A DNA stretch of 64,000 nt from Chthonomonadaceae bacterium (GTDB lineage Bacteria > Armatimonadota > Chthonomonadetes > Chthonomonadales > Chthonomonadaceae). The notes under the pieces are model-generated. The model saw only the letters and a program-made list of their open reading frames with translations. It had not been told where the DNA came from and did not search any database. The stretch is taken from the NCBI GenBank assembly GCA_035650735.1, contig DASRGZ010000224.1, positions 1 through 64,000 on the forward strand, in the 5' to 3' direction. Positions within the stretch are counted from its first letter, which is position 1; every line of letters begins with the position of its first letter. The translations under genes and the position numbers were made by a program. This document shows, one piece after another, positions 33,201-42,206 of this stretch.

Positions 33201-34099
33201 CACTCCGCGCTCTCTTTCTCTCCGAACTTCGACCCTGCATCTATCTCAGGAAACATCTCCAATTGCGTTCCGTCGTGCGCTTCCTCGCCGGTGGCTGTCT
33301 GGCTGCCATTTTTGACCTGGGAGCCGTGGCCGCTGTTCTTGCCGTGCGCAGCCGCCTGGGAGCGCAGACGGCGGGACGGCGTCGGCTGCGTTTCCGGCTC
33401 CGGCTCCCTCTGCGTCGGTTTCTCCGCCGAGCGCGGGGGCAGAAGCCACTGGTAGTCGCGGGGCACGTTGCGAACGCGATGACAGCGGCGGCAGCGGGCC
33501 TCATAGGTGTCATCCGCGCCGATCAGGATGGTCGGCTCGTCCCATGCGGCGGGGCGTCCGTCTACCAACCGCTGCGTGCGGCTGGCCTCGCCTCCGCAAA
33601 CCTTGCAGATGGCGTGCAGCTTCAAAACGTTATCTGCCAGAGCCATCAGAGTCGGCATGATGCCGAAGGGCAGGCCGCGAAAGTCCTGGTCGAGTCCGGC
33701 GGCTATAACCTGAATGCCCCTATCCGCAAGGCGCTGGCACAGCGGCACGATGGCGGCGTCAAAGAACTGGACTTCCTCAATGCCGATGACCTGCACGCCC
33801 GGTTCCAGCAGGCTTTCAAGCGTGCGCGCGTCCGGCACCGCGAGGGCATTGAAGCAGATGCCGTCGTGCGTGCGGATAATGGTGGTATCGGAGCGCGTTT
33901 CCAGGGCCGATTTGAAGACCTGCACCCGCTTGCGCGCGTGCATGGCCCGCCGCAGGAGCCGGATCAGCTCCTCCGTCTTGCCGGAAAACATGCTGCCGCA
34001 GATAACAGTGATGGAGCCAGACGGCCCTTTGGGAACGGACACGCTAGCAGACCTCACAGTATGGCCCTTGCCCCCGACCCTTCTTGACCTAACCCCCAT
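33200..34099 (-). CDS. tdk: Thymidine kinase with C-terminal extension (start uncertain)
   Basis: GSMFSGKTEEL, EEVQF, AGLDQDFRG, C..CG and YEARCRRC motifs. Confidence 0.93.
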   Translation of the reverse strand: MGVRSRRVGGKGHTVRSASVSVPKGPSGSITVICGSMFSGKTEELIRLLRRAMHARKRVQVFKSALETRSDTTIIRTHDGICFNALAVPDARTLESLLEPGVQVIGIEEVQFFDAAIVPLCQRLADRGIQVIAAGLDQDFRGLPFGIMPTLMALADNVLKLHAICKVCGGEASRTQRLVDGRPAAWDEPTILIGADDTYEARCRRCHRVRNVPRDYQWLLPPRSAEKPTQREPEPETQPTPSRRLRSQAAAHGKNSGHGSQVKNGSQTATGEEAHDGTQLEMFPEIDAGSKFGEKESAE

Positions 34100-34102
34100 C
34101 GC

Positions 34103-34296
34103 GGCAGGCTAAACCCTGCCGCTGTGGGGCCTACGGCCTGCTGCCTGCCTGCGCAGGCAGAGGATTCGGTAAGATGCTAGGATCGCCGCCCTCCCTCTCT
34201 GTGGACGACCTTGCTGCCTACGCAGGCAGAGAGTCTCGCCCACGCAGGTGGGCGACGGGCGCTTTGCGCCCCACAGCGGCAGGGTTTAGCCTGCCG
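34103..34296. repeat. REP-like family B inverted pair (REPIN-like)
   Basis: GGCAGGCTAAACCCTGCCGCTGTGGGGC and its reverse complement enclose CTGCCT-N4-AGGCAG hairpins. Confidence 0.8.
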
Positions 34297-34323
34297 GAAG
34301 AGGTAAGGAGAAAAGACAGGGTG

Positions 34324-35292
34324 CTAGGATTTCAAATGCCGGGCAAAGAAGGCCGTGACGCGGCGGGCATACTCGTCCGGCGCATCGGCCAGGCAGCGGG
34401 CGTGGCCCGACTTGGGAAGCAGCCAGAGCTCGCGGGGCTCCCGCGCGTTCTGGTACATGGCGACCGCCTCCTGCCAGCGCACCTGTGGATCGCGCTGCCC
34501 CTGAATAATCATCACCGCACGCGGGCTGATATGGCGGATCGCCTCTTTGGGAGCCACGTCACAGGGCTCGATGGGCACCCAGCGTTTGGCCCACCGGCAC
34601 ACGGATTGGGCAACGGGCGGGCCGAGCGGCCCCAGCATGGCGCGGCAGCGCGTATCAATGGCTTCCTGCAGCGTGGGATAGGAGGCTTCGGCGACAACCG
34701 CACGCAGCCGCGCATCCTGCGCCGCCGTCATGATCGCGACCGCGCCGCCCAGCGAATGGCCCAGCGCGCCGACCGGTAGGCTGGCCGTATCGGGCCGGGA
34801 AGCAAGGTAGTCCAGCGCGCCGCGCATATCCTCGACCTCATGGTGCCCGACGCTGCAAAGATCGCCCTCGCTCTCGCCCAGCGCACGGAAATCGAACAGC
34901 AGCGTGGTGTACCCGGCGGCGTGGAGCATGGCGGCGTGCGGCAGCATCTCCTGCCGGTTCATCGGGTAGCCGTGGCAGACGATCACGACCGCCCCGGCGT
35001 CCTTTTCCGGCGGCGCGGGGATCAGCCAGCTCGACAGCCGCAGCCCATCCGGGGTAAGAAAGGTAATGTTCTCGTAAGGCAGGCCCACCGCCGCCGGCGT
35101 GCGGCGGACGCGGAAGCGCAGCGGATGCGTGGCGAAATAGGCGTAGGCCAGCGTGCCCAGGTTCCATGCTGCGCCCGCCAGCAGCGCGCCCGCGCCGAGA
35201 AGCACAGGCCAGGACAGGCGTCTTTCGCCATGCGCTGCCCGCAAAGGGGAGGATGGATTGCTATGCGACGGCAACTCCGGTTTCCTTCTCAT
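34324..35292 (-). CDS. Alpha/beta hydrolase, membrane-anchored
   Basis: CHG, FDFRALGES, GHSLG, QRD and SGH motifs. Confidence 0.88.
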   Translation of the reverse strand: MRRKPELPSHSNPSSPLRAAHGERRLSWPVLLGAGALLAGAAWNLGTLAYAYFATHPLRFRVRRTPAAVGLPYENITFLTPDGLRLSSWLIPAPPEKDAGAVVIVCHGYPMNRQEMLPHAAMLHAAGYTTLLFDFRALGESEGDLCSVGHHEVEDMRGALDYLASRPDTASLPVGALGHSLGGAVAIMTAAQDARLRAVVAEASYPTLQEAIDTRCRAMLGPLGPPVAQSVCRWAKRWVPIEPCDVAPKEAIRHISPRAVMIIQGQRDPQVRWQEAVAMYQNAREPRELWLLPKSGHARCLADAPDEYARRVTAFFARHLKS

Positions 35293-35309
35293 CAACTGAC
35301 GTGAACAGA

Positions 35310-35350
35310 GACCTCACCCCCTTCCCCTCTCCTTGTGAAGGAGAGGGGCG
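35310..35350. repeat. REP-like family A copy
   Basis: gacctcacccccttcccctctccttgtgaaggagagggg. Confidence 0.7.
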
Positions 35351-35392
35351 GGGCGGTTTCGTGCTCGGTGGGGCATCCCCGCGCATGAAAGG

Positions 35393-36406
35393 CTAGAGGC
35401 CCGCGCGCACCAGGTCATGGACGCGCACCATGCCTACGCACCGCTCCTCCGTATCCACCACCGGCGCCACCGAGATCGGGCGCGGGCGGTCCTCCATTCG
35501 GCGCAGGGCCTCGTAGGCCAGTTGATCGGGATGGAGCACGACGGCGGGCCGGCGCGTCATGATCGCCTCCGCTGTGCAGGCAAACGAATCGGAGCCAAAG
35601 CGCTGGAACGCGCGCCGCACATCAAAATCGGTGATGAGTCCCAGCAGTTTGCCGTCTGTTCCAGCCACGCACGTTGCGCCTAGGGCCTTCTGGCTGATCT
35701 CGCAGAGGACATCCATCAGCGGCGCCTCCGGCCTGACCAGCGGCAGGGCGTCGGGGCCGCTCAGCATCACATCGCGCACGCGCAGGGTCAGGCGGCGTCC
35801 GAGCCGCCCGCCGGGGTGGTTGAGCGCGTAGTCTTCCGGGCGGAAGCCCCGCCGCTTTTGCAGGGTCATCGCCAGCGCGTCGCCCAGGGCCATCGCCACC
35901 ACCACGCTCGTCGTCGGCGCGAGATTCAGCGGGCACGCCTCGCGCTCCACGGACGCATCCAGAACGACCGCCGCCTTCTGCGCCAGAGTCGAGGCCCGAT
36001 TGCCGACGATGGCGATAAGCGGCACGCCGCGCGCCAGCAGGGCCGGCAGGATTGCCAGCAGTTCCTCGCTCCCGCCGCTGTTGCTCAGCGCGATGACCAC
36101 ATCTTCGCCCGCCACAATGCCCAGGTCGCCGTGCATGGCTTCGGACGGGTGCAGGAACACCGCCGGACACCCCGTCGAGGTCAACGTCGCCGCCAGCTTG
36201 CGCGCCGCCATGCCGGACTTGCCCACGCCCGTCGTCACCACCTTACCCGCGCAGCCATCCAGCAAGTCGAGCGCCCGGCAAAAGGCGGCATCCAGCCGCT
36301 CCGCCGCGCGCCGGATCGCCGCTGCCTCGATCTCCAGCGTCTCCCGCGCAAAAGCCGTCCAATCCGCCCCCGTTCCGGGGCCATCACCTCCTTGCATTCT
36401 CACCAT
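35393..36406 (-). CDS. KpsF/GutQ arabinose-5-phosphate isomerase (SIS + CBS)
   Basis: GVGKSG, EAMHGDLG, EACPLNLAPTTS and HPGGRLG motifs; CBS pair. Confidence 0.92.
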   Translation of the reverse strand: MVRMQGGDGPGTGADWTAFARETLEIEAAAIRRAAERLDAAFCRALDLLDGCAGKVVTTGVGKSGMAARKLAATLTSTGCPAVFLHPSEAMHGDLGIVAGEDVVIALSNSGGSEELLAILPALLARGVPLIAIVGNRASTLAQKAAVVLDASVEREACPLNLAPTTSVVVAMALGDALAMTLQKRRGFRPEDYALNHPGGRLGRRLTLRVRDVMLSGPDALPLVRPEAPLMDVLCEISQKALGATCVAGTDGKLLGLITDFDVRRAFQRFGSDSFACTAEAIMTRRPAVVLHPDQLAYEALRRMEDRPRPISVAPVVDTEERCVGMVRVHDLVRAGL

Positions 36407-36426
36407 CCTGCCTGCCACAAAACTTC

Positions 36427-37248
36427 CTATCCGCCCGCTGGCGCCAGACGCCAGTGGGCCAGCAGGTGCGCCTCCACCAGCTTCATCGGCAGATCGCGCA
36501 CTCTCTCGACGGCGGCCGGCGTGAAACCGGCCAGCGCAATGAGATAGGCACATTGCGCGCCCGCTGCCTGCCGCCAGGCCTCTAGCTCCCGCACGTCCAC
36601 CGCGCCCGCCACCCGCCGCACCGGAACACAGCGGGCGACAGCCACCGTCTCTCCTGTCTCCGCAACGAGCTGCCAATCCCCAGGCGCTTCCGTATCCGCC
36701 CGCACCGGGCGCAGGCCGCGCCGGGCAAACAGCGCCTCCACCTCTGCGGCCAGCTCATCATCGGAGAGGGTCTGCAAGCGCGCTACCTCCGCCTCAATGG
36801 CCGTCTCCCAGGCCGCACGCCGGGCCGCCTCCTGTCGCGCCTGTTGCTGCGCGGCGCTCTGCTGTTGGGCGCGCGCCTCTGCCAGCCGGGCCACGGCGGC
36901 AGCCTTCGCGGCCCGTCGCGCCTGTCGGCGAGCGCGTTCCCGGGCGTCGCGCTCCCGGCGAGAGGCACGTAGGGCCGCACGGCGCGCTCTGGCCGCCTCG
37001 ACCGCCTGCTGCTCCTGCCAGAAACGCCAGGCTTTCCAGAGCCAGCCTGCCAGGCCGACGATCCCCAGACTCATCGCCGCCCATCCGAGCCCGCGCCCGA
37101 CCGCGCTTCCGCCCAGACGCGCCGCCAGCCCCAGCATAAACACCGCCGCCCACAAACAGGCCCGCCGCACATCCGGCGGTGCGGTCGCCCTGCCCAGCAA
37201 TTGCAGAAATCTGCTTTCGCGGCGTGTCATGTTAGGATTCACTGGCAT
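36427..37248 (-). CDS. Membrane protein with coiled coil and Mrr-like endonuclease domain
   Basis: Two TM segments, then LFARRG..GD..VGA-like DVREL and GFTPAA motifs. Confidence 0.65.
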   Translation of the reverse strand: MPVNPNMTRRESRFLQLLGRATAPPDVRRACLWAAVFMLGLAARLGGSAVGRGLGWAAMSLGIVGLAGWLWKAWRFWQEQQAVEAARARRAALRASRRERDARERARRQARRAAKAAAVARLAEARAQQQSAAQQQARQEAARRAAWETAIEAEVARLQTLSDDELAAEVEALFARRGLRPVRADTEAPGDWQLVAETGETVAVARCVPVRRVAGAVDVRELEAWRQAAGAQCAYLIALAGFTPAAVERVRDLPMKLVEAHLLAHWRLAPAGG

Positions 37249-37650
37249 AAAGTCCGTTCACTCCGCCTGCCATTGCCTGCGCTCTTGTAGCCTCCCTGCC
37301 TCCTACCCCGAGACGGACTAGGACGCGGAAGTACAGGGTAAGCCCCTCTATCATCTAGAATACCCGCAGCTTGCATCGGCCACGCCATTTACCGCTAGAT
37401 TTTATTTTTGGCCGCTCCATTTCCTGCCTGTTTCTCGTTCTGCCGCCATGCCGCGTGTGGATAGATTGCATACAAGCCAGCGCGCAAAAGTAATCTGACG
37501 GCGAGAAGGAACTTGTCTGCGCGCCGCGAAATTAAGAGCCAATTTCGGCCTGGTAGTGTACCCATAGAGAGTTGATACTTCGTCGCCGATGACCTTATCA
37601 ACTCTGTAGAGGGACACTACCTTCGGCCTTGTGAAGGGAGTAGGCAAGTT

Positions 37651-38703
37651 GTGAGGAGCGAGGGATCGGCTAGCGCCTTCGCTGGCGGCGTCAGCATTTC
37701 TATCCGGATCATTGGCGCGCTGGCGGGAGTGTCGCTCGGCATCGGGCTGGGCTGCGGGCATCGCAGGAGCGCAGAGATTGCCTGGCAAGCCCAGGCAACT
37801 GCGCCCGTCGTCATCGCCCGAGGTCTGACCTATCGCTACTTCCCGGAGGGCGATCCACTGGTCGTCGGTTCACGCTCAGATGCGCTGACGCTGGATGTGG
37901 ATCTGCGCGCTCCCGGCCTGCACGTCGGCGTGGCTGCGGAGAGCCCGATCCAGGGGCAGACGGGGAAGGCGTTCGGAAACGCCTACACCGTGCGCGATTG
38001 GTGCGTCCGCCGGAACGCTCTGGCGGGCATCAACGGCGGCTTTTTCGGGCAGACCAGCGGCCAGCGCAAGCAGATCATCGGGCTGCTCGTCACCGGTAGC
38101 GCCGTTCGCAGTCCGGGCCGCAAGATACGCTCGCCCAGCCACCCCGACCGCCGATTCGTGCGCTGCACGCTGGGCTTCACGCGGGAAGGACTGCCCCGCA
38201 TCGGCTGGGTGACTTCAGAGGGGGCTTCCGTCCTGCGCGCCCACGAGCGTCCCCTCAACCCGATTGCATCCCAGCCCTGGCAGGTGGATTCCGCCGTCGC
38301 CTGCGGCCCACGTCTGATCGCCGGGGGACAGCTTGCCATCACGGATCGGGAGGAGCGGCTAGGCAGCCCGCTGGCCCTTCCCCGCACCTTCGTCGCCTAT
38401 GATGTAGAGGGGATCGGCGCGCAAGCGCGCCCACGCCACCTGCTATTGGGCATCGCCATGCAGATGACCTTTGCCGATGTGGCCGCCTTCGTACAGCGCT
38501 ACTTCCGCCAGATCCATCACACCGCCTGTGCGGAGGCTATGTGCCTGGACGGCGGCTCCTCCTCTCAGTTGGTCTACCGGGCCCCGGCAGGACACCTGGC
38601 CGCCACCGGCGCCCACGCGCAGGACTACGTAGATACGCGCCCGTCTTTCGTCACCGTGCCGACCGCCATCCTGGTCGAAACCACGTCCGGCCTTGCGCCG
38701 TGA
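37651..38703 (+). CDS. Phosphodiester glycosidase (NAGPA-like) family protein, possible lipoprotein
   Basis: INGGFF, GPRL, PRT and LDGGSSS motifs. Confidence 0.8.
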   Translation: MRSEGSASAFAGGVSISIRIIGALAGVSLGIGLGCGHRRSAEIAWQAQATAPVVIARGLTYRYFPEGDPLVVGSRSDALTLDVDLRAPGLHVGVAAESPIQGQTGKAFGNAYTVRDWCVRRNALAGINGGFFGQTSGQRKQIIGLLVTGSAVRSPGRKIRSPSHPDRRFVRCTLGFTREGLPRIGWVTSEGASVLRAHERPLNPIASQPWQVDSAVACGPRLIAGGQLAITDREERLGSPLALPRTFVAYDVEGIGAQARPRHLLLGIAMQMTFADVAAFVQRYFRQIHHTACAEAMCLDGGSSSQLVYRAPAGHLAATGAHAQDYVDTRPSFVTVPTAILVETTSGLAP

Positions 38704-38714
38704 GGAGTACACAG

Positions 38715-39473
38715 ATGCAGCTTACCTGGAATGGAACCGGTTCCGCCTGGTCGCGACTCTTCGGCAACGCTTCGGCGGTGCTGGAAGCCGACGGGCAGCG
38801 CCTGCTGATAGACTGCGGACATACCGTTCCAGGGCGGCTCCAGCAGATGGGCCTATCGCTGCGGGACATGGACGCCGTCTTTATCAGCCACCTGCACGGC
38901 GATCACATTTACGGATTGGAAGAGTGGGGCTTCCGCAGCTATCTGCAATGGAAGATCAAGCCCCGCCTGCTGATAGCTGAGAACCTGCTTCACCCGATCT
39001 GGCGTAACGTCTTCTCCGGCACGATGGCCCAGGTTTGCGACCAATCCTGCCATTTGCGCGACTACTTCACCGTCCTCCCGCTCCAGATCGACCAGCCTCT
39101 GACCTTAGGCCCCTGGACCCTGGCGGCCCATCCGGTCCGCCACGTTCCCCATGCGCCCTGCTATGGCCTGAAAGTGCGCGCCGAAGGCGTGTCCCTGGGC
39201 TTTACCTGCGACTCGCTGGCCGACGCCGATCCCTGGTTCTACGAGGACACCGAACTTGTATTCCACGATTGCAGCTTCGCCCCCTACTTTCCCGAAACTA
39301 TTCACGCCCATTTTGAGCAGCTCCTGACCTACCCGGAAGCCTTTCGCGCCAAGACTTATCTCGTCCACTACGACGACGACCTCGCGGAGAAGCGCCAGGA
39401 TCCCACCTGGCAGGCCACCCTGGCCGCCTCCCGTATGCGCCTGACCGAGCCTTTCGTCCCCTTTGTCTTCTGA
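38715..39473 (+). CDS. MBL-fold metallohydrolase (RNase Z-like)
   Basis: GTGSA, LIDCG, SHLHGDH, FHDC, HAH and LVHY motifs; RBS GAGGAG. Confidence 0.88.
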   Translation: MQLTWNGTGSAWSRLFGNASAVLEADGQRLLIDCGHTVPGRLQQMGLSLRDMDAVFISHLHGDHIYGLEEWGFRSYLQWKIKPRLLIAENLLHPIWRNVFSGTMAQVCDQSCHLRDYFTVLPLQIDQPLTLGPWTLAAHPVRHVPHAPCYGLKVRAEGVSLGFTCDSLADADPWFYEDTELVFHDCSFAPYFPETIHAHFEQLLTYPEAFRAKTYLVHYDDDLAEKRQDPTWQATLAASRMRLTEPFVPFVF

Positions 39474-39657
39474 ACGCGCGTAATGCGAAATCTCCGGGGC
39501 GAGCCTGGTGATACGCCGCCGAAAAAGCCGTTAGACCTGTTGCCTCCATTCTCAGGGACAACCCGAAATCCTGCCGCCGAGCCTACTCAGGCAAGAGGTT
39601 GATTAACCCCTCTGGAAAGCCTTGCAGAAGGGTACGCCGGTGCCGTATACTGGAGGC

Positions 39658-41067
39658 ATGAGCACCGCGAATGCCGTCGAACGCGCCATAGCCCGCCTGC
39701 GGGAAGCCACCCGCAACAGTCCGTATGAAGGCCGCCTCTATCTTGTGGGCGGCCTGCTGCGGGATCGCGCCCTCGGCCTGCCCATCCCCAACGACCTGGA
39801 TCTGGTGCTGGAAGGCGATGCCGTTGCGCTTGCGAAGTTCCTCTACGAGCGTGGGATCTCGCAGCATTACCCGGTGCTCTACCCGCGCTTCGGCACGGCG
39901 ATGATTCACGTGGGGGACGAAGAGGACGCGGGCACGCTCGTGGAGCTGGTTTCTGCCCGCGCCGAGAGCTACCGGCCCGACTCGCGCAAGCCCGACGTGC
40001 GACAGGGCACCCTGCGCGATGATGCTTACCGCCGCGACTTCACCATCAACACGCTGATGGAGAACCTGCATACCGGCCAGGTGCTCGACCTGACGGGCCG
40101 CGCCTGGGAGGACCTGCGCGCCGGGATCATCCGCACGCCTCTCGATCCGCGCGTCACCTTCTTCGACGACCCACTGCGCATGCTGCGCGCCATCCGATTT
40201 GCGGCCCGCCTGGGCTTTCACATCGCGCCGGAGACATGGGAGGCCATCCGCGCGGAGGCCGAGCGGCTGCGCCCGCCCGCCATCTCCAGCGAGCGCATTC
40301 GGGAGGAGTTCGTCAAGCTCGCTCGCCTGCCGGGACCGAAGGCGCGGCGCGGGCTGGAGCTGCTGCTGGAGTCGCGCCTGCTCACGCAGTTCCTGCCGGA
40401 AATGCTGCCGATGGTCGGCTGCGGGCAGAACGAGTGGCACCTCTACGACGTCTGGACGCATACGCTCGTGGCTATGGAGCGCCTGCCCGACGACGCGCGC
40501 CTGGAGGTGCGCCTGGGCCTGCTCTGGCATGATGTCGCCAAGCCGCAAACGCGCACGGTGGACGAGCGCGGTGTCCACTTCTACGGGCATCCCGCGCTGG
40601 GGGCCGAGATGGCGCGCGAGATGATGAACCGCCTGAAGTTCTCCAACGACGAGATAGACGACGTGACCGCGCTGGTGGCGCTGCACATGCGCCTGGGGGA
40701 ATACCGGCCCTGCTGGACTGATGCCGCCGTCAAGCGGCTGATCCGCGACTGCGGCCCCTACCTGAACGATCTCTTTATCATCGCCCGCTGCGACATCGCC
40801 GCTTCCAACCCCGCCGTGGCCGAGACGGTAGACCTGGAGGGGTTGCGCGCCCGCATAGATGCCCTCAACGCCATCTCCAACATCGCCCGGATCGCAAGCC
40901 CGCTCGACGGCAACGAGATCATGGAGACGCTGGGCGTGGGGCCGGGGCCGCATCTGCGCGAGGCCAAAGAGTTCCTGATCAACGAAATCATCGAGGGTCG
41001 CCTGGCCGAAGGGGATAAAGAGCGTGCGCGGCAACTCCTGCGCGCCTGGTGGACCAACCGCTCCTGA
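39658..41067 (+). CDS. cca: CCA tRNA nucleotidyltransferase / polyA polymerase family with HD domain
   Basis: LVGGLLRD, DLD, RRDFTIN, DDPLRMLRA, ERIREE and HD motifs. Confidence 0.9.
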   Translation: MSTANAVERAIARLREATRNSPYEGRLYLVGGLLRDRALGLPIPNDLDLVLEGDAVALAKFLYERGISQHYPVLYPRFGTAMIHVGDEEDAGTLVELVSARAESYRPDSRKPDVRQGTLRDDAYRRDFTINTLMENLHTGQVLDLTGRAWEDLRAGIIRTPLDPRVTFFDDPLRMLRAIRFAARLGFHIAPETWEAIRAEAERLRPPAISSERIREEFVKLARLPGPKARRGLELLLESRLLTQFLPEMLPMVGCGQNEWHLYDVWTHTLVAMERLPDDARLEVRLGLLWHDVAKPQTRTVDERGVHFYGHPALGAEMAREMMNRLKFSNDEIDDVTALVALHMRLGEYRPCWTDAAVKRLIRDCGPYLNDLFIIARCDIAASNPAVAETVDLEGLRARIDALNAISNIARIASPLDGNEIMETLGVGPGPHLREAKEFLINEIIEGRLAEGDKERARQLLRAWWTNRS

Positions 41068-41069
41068 CG

Positions 41070-41984
41070 TTAGTTCTTGCCGGGCCAGACGGTCTGGGAG
41101 AAGAGGTCTACGTAGACGCGGCCCGGCAGCGCCACGCTCACGCGGGCCGCGAGGTTACGCCGGGCGCAGCCTGCCCGCACGGCACGAAGGATCTCCTCGT
41201 CGGCGTAGCGCTTGGAGATGTGGTAAAGGGCCAGGCGCTCCACACCTGCCGCCTCCGCTAGATCGAGCACTTCGCTCAGGCAGGAGTGCTCGTGGCCGCG
41301 CTCCCGCGCCTCCGCGCAGCGCGCTTCGTCGCTGTCCAGGAAGGTGCACTCGTGCAGCAGGAAGCGCGTGCCCCTTAAAGTTTCCGGCGGCAGCGTGGTC
41401 GTATCGCCGGAGACGGTCAGGATTATCTCCTCTTCCGGGGCGGTGATGGCCGCGCGGCCTCCCTCCAGGCGCAGGCGGTCGAGCTCCGCCTGCGGTAATC
41501 CCCGCAATTCCGGCTTGAGCCGCTCCACCACGCGCCCGATCTGGTAGCCCAGGCTGCGGAACCGGGTCGGGTCGGGGCTGGGCACGTGCCGCGTGGCATA
41601 GGCGCGCAGGAACCGGCCATCTTCCAGATCCATCTGCTCTCCGGGCCGCCACGCCTGCCAGATCACCCGCCCCGAGGTCGCCTGGTCAAAATGGGCCAGA
41701 AACCGCCCCAGCGCCAGAAAGGAGCCGCTGCCGTCCGGGTGGAGGACGCAAAGGGGCTCGCCGCTGGCTGCCGCCACGCCGCCGCGCAGGTTGAGTAGTT
41801 GCGGCAGGCCGGCGATGTGGTCACGGTGGGCGTGCGTCAGGGCGATAAGGTTGACCCGGTGAATCTTACCGTCCAGCATGGCGCACGCGCCATCGCCGAC
41901 ATCAAACATCAGCCGGTGCGTTTCATCCAGCACCCAGGTCGAGACAAGCGGTATGGAAAAGACGATCAGTCGCGGCGGGTCCAT
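41070..41984 (-). CDS. Thermotoga-type ribonuclease Z
   Basis: FSIPLVSTW..FDVGDG, THAHRDH, LKPELRGLP arm, SGDT, HECTF and HISKRY motifs. Confidence 0.8.
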   Translation of the reverse strand: MDPPRLIVFSIPLVSTWVLDETHRLMFDVGDGACAMLDGKIHRVNLIALTHAHRDHIAGLPQLLNLRGGVAAASGEPLCVLHPDGSGSFLALGRFLAHFDQATSGRVIWQAWRPGEQMDLEDGRFLRAYATRHVPSPDPTRFRSLGYQIGRVVERLKPELRGLPQAELDRLRLEGGRAAITAPEEEIILTVSGDTTTLPPETLRGTRFLLHECTFLDSDEARCAEARERGHEHSCLSEVLDLAEAAGVERLALYHISKRYADEEILRAVRAGCARRNLAARVSVALPGRVYVDLFSQTVWPGKN

Positions 41985-42206
41985 CAGAACAAAATTCTCT
42001 CTGGCCGTTCAGAAATAGCTTTGAAAAAGACCAACGTATTGTACCACGAATGCCCCGCGCGACGGCGTGGGAAATCACTTCCCAGAGGATTACTGCACCC
42101 GCCCGGCAGCACAATCGCCGGAACCTGCAGCCTCCGTGCCGTTCCAGCAGGAAAGTCTGTCCCATCGTGCGAAGAAGGAGGTATTCCCCGCACGTGGAGG
42201 CATCTC

